This document shows, one piece after another, positions 1-9,655 of a stretch of DNA of 64,000 bases; within the stretch, counting starts at the first letter, position 1, and every line of letters starts with the position of its first letter. The stretch spans positions 26,536,001 through 26,600,000 of the forward strand of contig OX597834.1 in assembly GCA_951406725.2 (NCBI GenBank). The letters run 5' to 3'. The notes below the pieces were generated by a model that saw only the letters and a program-made list of their open reading frames with translations, was not told where the DNA came from and did not search any database. Source of the stretch: Octopus vulgaris. Taxonomy: Eukaryota. Made by a program: the position numbers and the translations under genes.

Positions 1-522
1 AGGCTGCGCCAGGCCCAGTCTGATCTGGCAGTGTTTCTACAGCTGGATGCCCTTCAGACATATTTTGTATTTCATATCCTGTTATATTTTAATGTCTAAT
101 TTGTTTATCTGCAAAATTGCCTCAACTTGATCCCTCTTATGTATCATCATCATCATCAACATCATCATCATTTAACATCCGTTTTCCATGCTAGCATGGG
201 TTGGACGGTTCAACTGGGGTCTGGGAAGCCGGAAGGCTGCGCCAGGCCCAGTCTGATCTGGCAGTGTTTCTACAGCTGGATGCCCTTCAGACATATTTTG
301 TATTTCATATCCTGTTATATTTTAATGTCTAATTTGTTTATCTGCAAAATTGCCTCAACTTGATCCCTCTTATGTATCATCATCATCATCAACATCATCA
401 TCATTTAACATCCGTTTTCCATGCTAGCATGGGTTGGACGGTTCAACTGGGGTCTGGGAAGCCAGAAGGCTGCGCCAGGCTCCAGTCTGATCTGGCAGTG
501 TTTCTACGGCTGGGTGCCCTTC
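1..522. repeat. Tandem duplication with a 233-bp unit (SINE 3' part plus unique flank)
   Basis: 1-233 repeats almost identically at 234-466 and partially again after 467. The ORFs at 127 and 360 start with the same peptide. Confidence 0.9.
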
Positions 523-780
523 CTAACACCAACCACTCCGTGAGTGTAGTGGGTGCTTTTTACGTGCCACACCTGCACAGGTGCCAGGCGAGGCTGGCAA
601 ACGGCCACGATCGGTTGGTGCTTTTTACGTGCCACTGGCACGGAGGCCAGGCGAGGCTGGCAAACGGCCACGATCGGATGGTGCTTTTTACGTGCCACCA
701 GCACGGGGGCCAGGCGAGGCTGGCAATGGCCACAAGGCTGGCAATGGCCCACAAGGCTGGCAATGGCCACAAGGCTGGCG
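375..780 (-). mobile_element. SINE-like family D ((GAT)n tail, AGGAAGGGCATCCAGCTGTAGAAA core)
   Basis: The same sequence recurs at about 2730-3076, 23421-23685, 26493-26720, 29887-30055, 35220-35633, 38505-38720 and 54337-54635. Internal tandem subrepeats GTGCTTTTTACGTGCCAC. Confidence 0.85.
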
Positions 781-1005
781 TGTGTATATATTATGTGAGT
801 GTGCATCCTCTTGATTTCCTGTAATTCAGACCACCTCATGGTCCCAGAAACATCCAAGAACAATGACACTCACTTGTTTCCAAGTAAGGTAATATTTACC
901 CAGGGTCAGACATGTATTCGCAGAAGATTGGAAATGAAGGACACCATTTGTGGTGACACCTGCTTACATCTATTATGCAATGCAAGGGCAAGGAGACACT
1001 AATAT

Positions 1006-1322
1006 GCACACACACACACGCACACACACCCACACACAAACAACCAGAGTCACACACACACACACGCACGCACAGACTCACAGACACACACAGTCACACA
1101 CACACACACACTCACACTCACAGACACACACAAACACACACACACAGAGTCACACATACATGTAACACATTCACACACACTCACAGACACACACACATAA
1201 CACACACACACACACACATACACGAACACACATATACACACAAACACATGCACACAAACATGCACACACACAAACATATGCACACACACAAACACATGCG
1301 CACACACACACACACACACACA
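1006..1322. repeat. Degenerate (CA)n microsatellite grown from the centre of a family A SINE
   Basis: CA-rich run directly abutting the SINE A body at 1323-1480. Confidence 0.9.
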
Positions 1323-1510
1323 CGATGGGCTTCTTTCAGTTTCCATCTCCTAGATCCACTTTCAAGTGTTTGGTAGGCCTGAGGCTATAGTCGAAGACCC
1401 TTGCCCAAGGTGTCATGCAGTGAGACTGAAATTGGAACCATGAAGTTGGGAAGCCAGCTTCTTACCACACAGCTACGCCTGCAAGCAGTGAAAATAGCAG
1501 CAACAACAGT

Positions 1511-1913
1511 GGAGGCGCAATGGCCCAGTGGTTAGGGCAGCGGACTCGCGGTCAGAGGATCGCGGTTTCGATTCCCAGATTGGGCGTTGTGTGTGTTTAT
1601 TGAGCGAAAACACCTAAAGCTCCACGAGGCTCTGGCAGGGGATGGTGGCAACCCCTGTTGTACTCTTTCGCCCCCAACTTTCTCTCACTCTTTCTTCCTG
1701 TTTCTTGTCTCCGACTTCCTACGCAACCGCTGAGCCTGGATGCACATTCATCCGGGAGCCAGGTGAGGCTGTCGGGGGGGGGGGGGGTTGACCTGCTTTC
1801 TCTTCTGCGGGTCTTACGAATAGCAAAGGACCACATATCGGACTTCTCCCACCTCTGGGAACGAAGCTCTGGGAACGAAGACCGATTCGCTCAACAAACA
1901 AACAAACAAACAA
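1511..1913 (+). mobile_element. tRNA-derived SINE family C with a (CAAA)n tail
   Basis: Head GGAGGCGCAATGGCCCAGTGGTTAGGG...GGTTTCGATTCCC with Pol III A and B boxes. The same head occurs on - at 23126, 26450 and 60084, and on + at 53681. Confidence 0.85.
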
Positions 1914-2132
1914 GTAGCAACAACAAGAACAACAGCTTCAATGGCAATAACAACAAGAACAACAATAATGATAGCTGTAGCAACAACAACCACCAGAACA
2001 ATGACATGAATAGGATTAGCAGCAGTAACAGTAGCAACAATAGTCACAACAGCAACGTCAGCAACAACAGCAGGTGCTGTGGCAACAACAACAACAAAAA
2101 CTACAACAACAACAACAACAGCAGCAGCAGCC
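1914..2132. repeat. Cryptic (CAA/CAG)n microsatellite
   Basis: Degenerate trinucleotide run; gives a spurious poly-N/S ORF. Confidence 0.85.
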
Positions 2133-4167
2133 GATGAAATTTTGTTCAATGATAAGATATGAAGAAATTAAGGTGTTTACTGAAATACCTGGCTTTTTTT
2201 TTTTTATTAATGATTAAACTCGTGGTTGTATGGTAAGAAGCTTGCTTCCCAACCATGTGGTTCCAGGTTCAGTCCCACTTTGTAGCACCTTGCGCAAGTG
2301 TATTTTATTATGGGGCTTCGGGCGAACCAAAGCCTTGTGAATGAATTTGGTAGACTGAAACTGAAACTGAAAGAAGTCCCACATACATATATATAGATAT
2401 ATATTTCTTTACTACCCACAAGGGTCTAAACACAGAGGAGACAAACAAGGACAGACAAACGGATTAAGTTGATTACATCGACCCCAGTGCGTAACTGGTA
2501 CTTAATTTATCGACCCCGGAAGGATGAAAGGCAAAATTGACCTCGGCGGAATTTGAACTCGGAACGTAACGGCAGACGAAATACGGCAACGCATTTCGCC
2601 CGGCGTGCTAACATTTCTGCCAGCTCGCCGCCTTCTTATATATATATATATAGATATATGTTCGCAGGACGGCCTGCTGTGCTTGAGGAGACCTATAGAG
2701 TCAAGTACATCAACATCAAAATAAAAATCAAATGGAAATTGTAGTTGTGATACCCATGCCAGTGGCACGTACAAAGCACCATCTGAATGTGGCCGAAGCC
2801 AGCGCCACCTTGACTGGCATCCATGCCGCTGGCATGTAAAAAGCACCAACCATTTGTGGCTGTTGCCAGCCTCCTCTGGCCCCTGGGCCGGTGGCACGTA
2901 AAAAGCATCCACTACACTCATGGAGTGGTTAGCGTTAGGAAGGGCATCCAGCTGTAGAAACACTGCCAGATCAGACTGGAGCTGGGTGCAGCCTCCTGGC
3001 TTCCTAGATCCTGGTCGAACCGTCCAACCCATGATAGCAAGGGAAGCAGACGTTAAACGATGATGATGATGATGATGTTTATATATATGTATATGTGTGT
3101 GTTTGTATGTATGTATCTGTGTTTGTCTCCCCACACTCACACACACCACTTGATAATTGGTGTTGGTGTGTTTACATCCCTGTAACTTAGTGGTTCAGAA
3201 AAAAAGACCAATAGAATAAGTACCTGGTTTGGTAAAAAAAAAAAAAAAATTGTGAAATGTAGGCTCAGGCTAGATGTGGAATGTAGGACTAGGCCAGACA
3301 GAAGATATAAACTCATGTCAGAAGTTGAAAGTAGGATTAAGTCAGATATGAAATGTATGCTCCAACCACTCCGAGAGTGTAGTGGGTGCTTTTTGTATGC
3401 CACCAGCACGGGGGCCAGTCAGGCGGTACTGGCATCAACCATGCTCGAATGGTGCTTTATATATGCTGCCAGCACTGGCATCAACCACACTAGAATAGTG
3501 CTTTTTATGTGCCATCAGCATGGGAGCCAGTCAGGTGGCACTGGCATCAACCATGCTCGAATGGTGCTTATAATTATATAATTATGTGAGAGGGTGGCGA
3601 GCTGGCAGAAACGTTAAGCGCACCGGGTGAAATGTTTGGTGGTATTTCGTCTGTCATTACGTTCTGAGTTCAAATGCTGCCAAGGTCGACTTTGCCTTTC
3701 ATCCTTTCGGGGTCGATAAATAAAGTACTAGTTTCGCACTGGGGTCGATATAATCGACTTAATCCGTTTGTCTGTCCTTGTTTGTCCCTTCTATGTTTTA
3801 GCCTCTTGTGGGTAGTAAAGAAATATATTATTATATAATTATGTTAGCGCTTTACCAAAGGAGTCCTCCATGGTTAAACAGGTGGAAGAAGGGTCCTTCA
3901 AAATCATAAACCTGGCCCATCTGGCTTACCAAAACCCCTTCACATCTCCACACAAGCCTGCCTGTATGTTTATTATGAGGGGGTGCTGAAAAGTTCCTGG
4001 CTTTAAGGGTATTGCAAAAGGCCTGGTTCAAGGCCCGACCTTCTTAGTTCTTTTACAGGGCTTAGAAAAACTGAAAGAAAGGTTGCAATAAAAGTATGAA
4101 TTTGAGAGGGGGACATGTTGAATAAACCCCTTCACATCTCCACACAAGCCTGCCTGTATGTTTATTA

Positions 4168-4384
4168 TGAGGGGGTGCTGAAAAGTTCCTGGCTTTAAGG
4201 GTATTGCAAAAGGCCTGGTTCAAGGCCCGACCTTCTTAGTTCTTTTACAGGGCTCAGAAAAACTGAAAGACTGTTGCAATAAAAGTATGAATTTGAGAGG
4301 GGGACATGTTGAATAAGGTCATAATTAACTGATCCTCCTGTATTTTTTTTTACCCAAAGCCAGGAACCTTTCAGCATCCCCTCA
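4168..4384 (+). mobile_element. Mariner-derived MITE, with a 192-bp tandem duplication covering its left part (3932-4316)
   Basis: TA-flanked TIRs TGAGGGGGTGCTGAAAAGTTCCTGG / CCAGGAACCTTTCAGCATCCCCTCA. The interior resembles a decayed mariner transposase 3' end. A related copy lies at about 37501-37715. Confidence 0.75.
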
Positions 4385-4387
4385 TAT

Positions 4388-4614
4388 TTAACCCTTTAGT
4401 ATTTAAACCGGTCATATCCGGCCAAAATAGTTAATCTGTTTTATGTTCAAATTGATCAGATCCAGGCTCTCATACCTACCCTACAATGTTATTCTACATT
4501 AAGTAATTACACCATCAAGATCTTGAAGATATGAGATAATGCATGATTAATTCAAATCAATGGGAATCAAAAGGCATTATGTTTGACAGAATAATCTGAA
4601 CGCTAAAGGGTTAA
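4388..4614. mobile_element. piggyBac-type MITE (about 220 bp, TTAA TSD)
   Basis: TTAA-CCCTTTAG...CTAAAGGG-TTAA. Further copies at 22251-22477, 23335-23791 (interrupted by a SINE), 34604-34832, 44840-45067, 61304-61532 and 61737-61966. Confidence 0.88.
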
Positions 4615-4801
4615 ACACAAAGTTAGGACATCAGAAGACATGCATTGAGGTCACCGTACCAGATCTTTTGCGTCCTGAGTTCAAATCCCACTGAGGTCAA
4701 CGTTTTGTCTTTTATCCTTCCAGGGTTAATAAAATAAAGTATCAGTTGAGTACAGTGGGTGATGGTATTGATTAATCCTTAGATGGTATTGATTAATCCT
4801 T

Positions 4802-5217
4802 AGGCGGCGAGCTGGCAGAAACATTAGCGCGCCGGACGAAATGCTGAGCGGTATTTCGTCTGCCACTACGTTCTGAGTTCAAATTCCGCCGAGGTCGACT
4901 TTGCCTTTCATCCTTTCGGGGTCGATAAATTAAGTACCAGTTATGCACTGGGGTCGATGTAATCGACTTAATACCTATGTCTGTCCTTGTTTGTCCCCTC
5001 TATGTTTAGCCCCTTGTGGGCAATAAAGAAATAGGTATTTTGTCTGCCGCTACGTTCTGAGTTCAAATTCCGCCGAGGTCGACTTTGCCTTTCATCCTTT
5101 CGGGGTCGAAAAATTAAGTACCAGTTACGCACTGGGGTCGATGTGATCGACTTAATACCTATGTCTGTCCTTGTTTGTCCCCTCTATGTTTAGCCCCTTG
5201 TGGGTAATAAAGAAATA
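4802..5217 (+). mobile_element. tRNA-derived SINE family B with internal tandem duplication and 17-bp TSD
   Basis: TSD GGTATTGATTAATCCTT at 4785-4801 and 5218-5234. The core GCCTTTCATCCTTTCGGGGTCGATAAA resembles the Nin/Deu-type SINE domain (from memory). Other copies at about 2403-2633, 3590-3823, 14777-15020, 18580-18805, 32421-32658, 44425-44650 and 59062-59292. Confidence 0.88.
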
Positions 5218-5741
5218 GGTATTGATTAATCCTTTCCTGTGAAAATTATTGGGTTTGTTACCTAAATTGGAATCCACAGCAGAGACGGCTGTGTGGTTAA
5301 GAGGCTTTCTTTTCAACCATGTGGTTTTAGGTTCCGTCCCACTGCATAGAACATTAGGCAAATGTCTTACTAAAACTCTGGGCCAACTTATTCTTATTGC
5401 TTTGTTGTCATTAGTGATAAAGTGAGTCCTCCTGAAAACAGTTTGGTAGATGGAAACTGCATGGAAGCCTGCCATGTATGTATGTGTGTATATGTGCATG
5501 TGTGTGTGTTTGTCCCCCATCACTGCTTGACAACCGGTGTTCGTTTTTTGATGTCCCTGTAACTTAATGGTTCAACAAAAGAATCTGACAGAATAAGTAT
5601 CAGAAAAAAAAAAATGGTACTGGGATCGATTTGTTTGTCCAAACTTTTCAGGGAAGTGCCCCAGCATGGCCGCAGTCCAATGACTGGAATGAATGAAAGA
5701 GGAAAGGCGAAACACATAAGGAAAAAAACAACAACGAAAAA

Positions 5742-6038
5742 TCTTTATATATAAAAGAGAGGTTGTGTGTCTGTCTCCTACGATTTAGATTCCTAACTAC
5801 TCCCACATTTTGCGGTGCAGTTTAACCAAAACCGGGTATCTTATAGTCGTGATTCATATCGAGCCCTTCTGGGTATTAGCGCGCGTCTACGATGAGTCTA
5901 CGATTAAAAAAAAAAATTTACCATAATTTTTTTCCATTTTAATGCATTTTTTTCGCTATTTTTTGGCTATAACTCTCTAAAAATGCTTATATAGTTATTT
6001 CCCTTACAAACCCGAGCAACGCCGGGCGATACTGCTAG
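5742..6038 (+). mobile_element. Non-autonomous Helitron
   Basis: 5' TC terminus, 3' CTAG terminus preceded by the hairpin CCCGAGCAACGCCGGG, inserted between A and T with no TSD. Confidence 0.85.
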
Positions 6039-6883
6039 TAGTTGATAAAATAAAATTAGGTCAGATTTGTAGTTCGTTGTCTTTACTTCCTTCTTATTTT
6101 TTTTTTTCTGTCTGAATAAATGGATAGAACAATGAAGAAAAAAAAAAAAAAAGAATGGAAAGAATAGTTCGACCTAATTTATTGTTGAGAACATTTTTCT
6201 CTTGGAGGTTTGTAGATTCCTCATTCTCACTGCCAAACTTCGTTTTTATTTGACAATCAATTGTCAAATTCGTTTGACACAAGAATCTATTAATATACAA
6301 AATTTCATTTAAAATCTCGAATGCGTTATAAGGAATCGATCCATTATTTGGCCCGTTGTTTATTTTATCGATCCCTAATGTATGAAAAAACAAAGTTTAG
6401 ACTTCAGCGGGATTTGAACTCAGATCATACAGGGCTGCAACTAAATATTGTAGGCATTTTTTTGTCCGACGCTGTAACCAGTAATAAACCGTTAAGCAAA
6501 AATTCTTCTGTAAAACGACAAATAGTTAATCTATAGATGATACTTTGGCGAGAAAGGACATCCAAATAAATGGATTATCAAGAGTTTTGTCTCATATGTT
6601 TATCCATATTTTTAGAATGACTAAATTTCTTTGAACCAAAGTACTTATTAATTCAAGAATTAATTGTCATATTCTCGAAATTGAAAAAAACTTATCTTTC
6701 CTATATTTTTAATAAATAAATTACTAAGATACTCATTGATCGATATAATTTATAATTAATTTACCAGAAAAAGAAAAATAGATCGATAAAAATATACAAA
6801 AGCTGATCAAAGATCAGCTTTCTTATAAAGTAGTTCGTTCTGTGGCGGAAGGTTTGTGCGGAGGGATACAATGACACTGAATC

Positions 6884-6918
6884 TATATAAAGCGTGGTCA
6901 CGCTGTTCTAGCATTCTT
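6884..6918 (+). promoter_or_regulatory. Putative core promoter of the tetraspanin gene (TATA box plus initiator)
   Basis: TATATAAAG at 6884-6892 and Inr-like GCATTC with A at 6913, 29 nt after the TATA start. ETS-like GGCGGAAG at 6844-6851. The ATG is 112 nt downstream of the predicted +1. The TSS is inferred from spacing only. Confidence 0.6.
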
Positions 6919-7024
6919 AGTGCTTTGTTGTCATTAGTGATAAAGTGAGTCCTCCCGAAAACAAGAAGGGACTTAGATTATTTATAAATTTTATTTGAAA
7001 AGGTGACCATACAAACTTATCAGG

Positions 7025-7087
7025 ATGGTAGAAGCTGGAATGAAATGTATAAAATATTTGCTTTTTGCATTCAACTTCATTTTTGTG
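7025..7087 (+). CDS. CD63: CD63-like tetraspanin, coding exon 1
   Basis: MVEAGMKCIKYLLFAFNFIFV, the tetraspanin N-terminus (KCxKYLLFxFN), followed by donor GTAAGT at 7088. 63 nt, phase 0. Confidence 0.93.
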
Positions 7088-7442
7088 GTAAGTATTGAAG
7101 AAATTTCTGGTTTTTTTCTTCTTTCTCTCTCCTCCTCCTCCGTCTTGTGCCAAAGAACCTGTAAACTATCTCGACTACTATTGTCAACACTAGCTACAAA
7201 ATTTACACACACCTCTCTCTGCCTTGACGCTTTCATTGTGTCAAGTCTTCGATCATTTCCACCCATTAAAAATCCTCTAGTTTTAATTCTTATTGCATTC
7301 TTTCAATCTCTTTCAAGTTTTGGAGTTCTTAGAATAAATCTCTTTTATTAAAGGCCTTTGTTGTTTTCTCTTCAACTCTGAAATATCTCAAACAAAATAA
7401 TATTTCAGTGCACACTTACACACACACGCACACAAACAAATA

Positions 7443-7474
<32 letters not shown>

Positions 7475-7477
<3 letters not shown>

Positions 7478-7510
7478 GGAGTCCCAACAAAATGTATACA
7501 CATAGTGGTT

Positions 7511-7558
<48 letters not shown>

Positions 7559-7745
7559 GGTGTCCCAAAAAATGTATACACATAGTGGTTCGGCATATAT
7601 ATATATATATATACAGGGTGTCCCAAAAAAATGTATACACATAGTGGTTCGGCAAAAGAGAACGATAGAATAAGTACTAGGCTTACAAAGAATAACAAAT
7701 TTACAATTATTTAAGGTGTGTATACGTTTTTTTGGGACACCCTAG

Positions 7746-7747
<2 letters not shown>
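7475..7747. mobile_element. Tc1/mariner MITE with triplicated left TIR and an internal SINE fragment
   Basis: CAGGGTGTCCCAAAAAATGTATACAC at 7475, 7556 and 7614; reverse TIR at about 7716-7745; TA flanks. Confidence 0.75.
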
Positions 7748-7795
<48 letters not shown>

Positions 7796-9537
7796 GAGGA
7801 AACCTTCATGCAGATCGTTGCTATCTGTAGAATGCGCTATTTACTGTTAGTCATGGAAAACTCATATTTTTCTTATCTATAATGCCCGCACACTTTATTA
7901 TTTTAGGTTAGTCATGTGTGTGTGTTGGGGAATATCTGAACATTGAAGTTCGCATTCCTGTTTACTAATAAAATGGCATTAAAATAGTCTTCTCTGCTAT
8001 ATGGCGATTCCACTATTGTAGCAAATATTCTTTGCCTATTTCTTAAATATTATATTACCTGTTTCCTCCTGTCGCCACCGTGTCCATATTGTCACCATTG
8101 TGGTCATTAAGGTGTCTTAATAACTACGGCTTTGTTCACTTACCCCTCCCTCCGTCTGTTGTCATCACTTTGACTGCCTGCCATTCCGAAAGTCTGCCAC
8201 TATTTTTCCTTCCCCAGTTCTTGTACCCCACCACCTCTACTCTTCTTGCCCCCTTCACATAGAATTTATTTCTCTTTTATATTCTGATATTACTTACTGC
8301 CTTGTCCAGTTGCCCTTTCCGTCTGTTCTGTCATCGCTGTTTTTTCCCTCCTCAGTTCTTACCCTTCACTATCATTTGTCCCCCTATTATATTTCTTGTA
8401 CTACTTAACTGCTTTTTTTCCAGCTGGCTCCTCCGTGTTTTCCAGCGCTGGGTTTTATACCAATCACCACTCTAAACTCTCATATTCTCCTGGTCTTACC
8501 CACTCAAATTTTTTTAACGCCTCCCTCCTCAATAACCACAGGTTAGAACTGGTTATACACCCAACCACGCACACACCCTGTTACCTCCGGGTTTAACCTC
8601 TCCGACTTCATTTCTTCTTTCAAAGCTTTTCTTCTGAAAGATATATATATATATATATAATCTTCATATCGATTTCTTTTGTACCTTGAGAACTAAACAC
8701 TGTTATATTTCGTTTTCTCGCACAATTCCATCATAGGCTTAACTCCGTATTGAAGCTTTTTAATATCTATGTCAATCGAAGACATTCTTTTCTCTCTCTT
8801 TATCTTTTTCTGTGAGTGGCGTGACGTGACACTGAGAAAGTTTAATTTAATTATTTGCAAAGTGGTCTGGTCTTCTTCGCTCTCTCGACCAGCTGTTCAA
8901 TGTTTTTGACGAAAGTTCGAACCTGTTACATACACACACACATACAAAAAAAAACCCAATGCCCATCAACTGACGATTTCAAGGCAGATCCTCTTTGCTC
9001 TGCTACTAGCTTCGTTTAAGTCAATTAAAATCAAACCAAAATTAAACGTTAAAAATATATAATTTACAGTATCTTATTTGAACGTTTTCTAGCTAATCTT
9101 ACACCTAATCTTGTCCTGGTAATTTAACTAAGCTAGTCTTATTTGTTTTAGCCCCAGATCAGCCATGACTGAGCTGACTCAAAAAACTGTCCTAACCATG
9201 ACCATCGCGTATGAACTGTATACTTTGGAATCAGTTGTCTATTGTGGCCTTTTCTTTTTGATTTTTATAATGGTAGGGTTTGGTTGCGTATTACTGTATG
9301 TGTTGGAATCATTTGTCTATTGTGGCCTTTTCTTTTAAATTTTTAGGATGGTAGGGTTTGGTTTCAGGGAAGTTTGGCTATTTCTTGTAGGTTGAACGAC
9401 CAAGTAGTGGCTCTTCGGCTCTCGTTAGAATTTTCAATTGTGGCGGCCCCGCCCTCCCCGTCTACTCAAAATCCCATTTCTTCATTTGAACCTCCCCTCC
9501 CAAAGAAATGTATGCGTGTGTACGCACACACATATTC

Positions 9538-9655
9538 TACTGTGAAACCTTGGCTTACGAATTTAATTCGTTCCTAGAGGCCGTTCGTTACCCAAAATGT
9601 TCGTTAATCGATTTGTTGGTGATGAAAGGTATTCGTAAACCGAAGTTTTACTATA
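9538..9655. mobile_element. pogo/Tigger-like MITE
   Basis: TA-flanked imperfect TIRs CTGTGAAACCTTGGCTTACGAAT / ATTCGTAAACCGAAGTTTTACTA. Confidence 0.6.

Noticed and set aside
1511-1585. tRNA-like sequence (also at 49939-50010 and other SINE heads)
   Set aside because: No complete acceptor stem, and each continues into a repeated SINE body, so these are SINE heads rather than tRNA genes.
127-3149. ORFs such as HHHHRLTSVFHASMGWTV... recurring across the window
   Set aside because: They are translations of SINE D copies with inconsistent frames and stops, and lack exon structure.
8821-8830. GTGACGTGAC, one mismatch from the TFEB CLEAR motif and containing UPRE-like TGACGTGA
   Set aside because: A single short motif without the CACGTG core, which can arise by chance in 64 kb.
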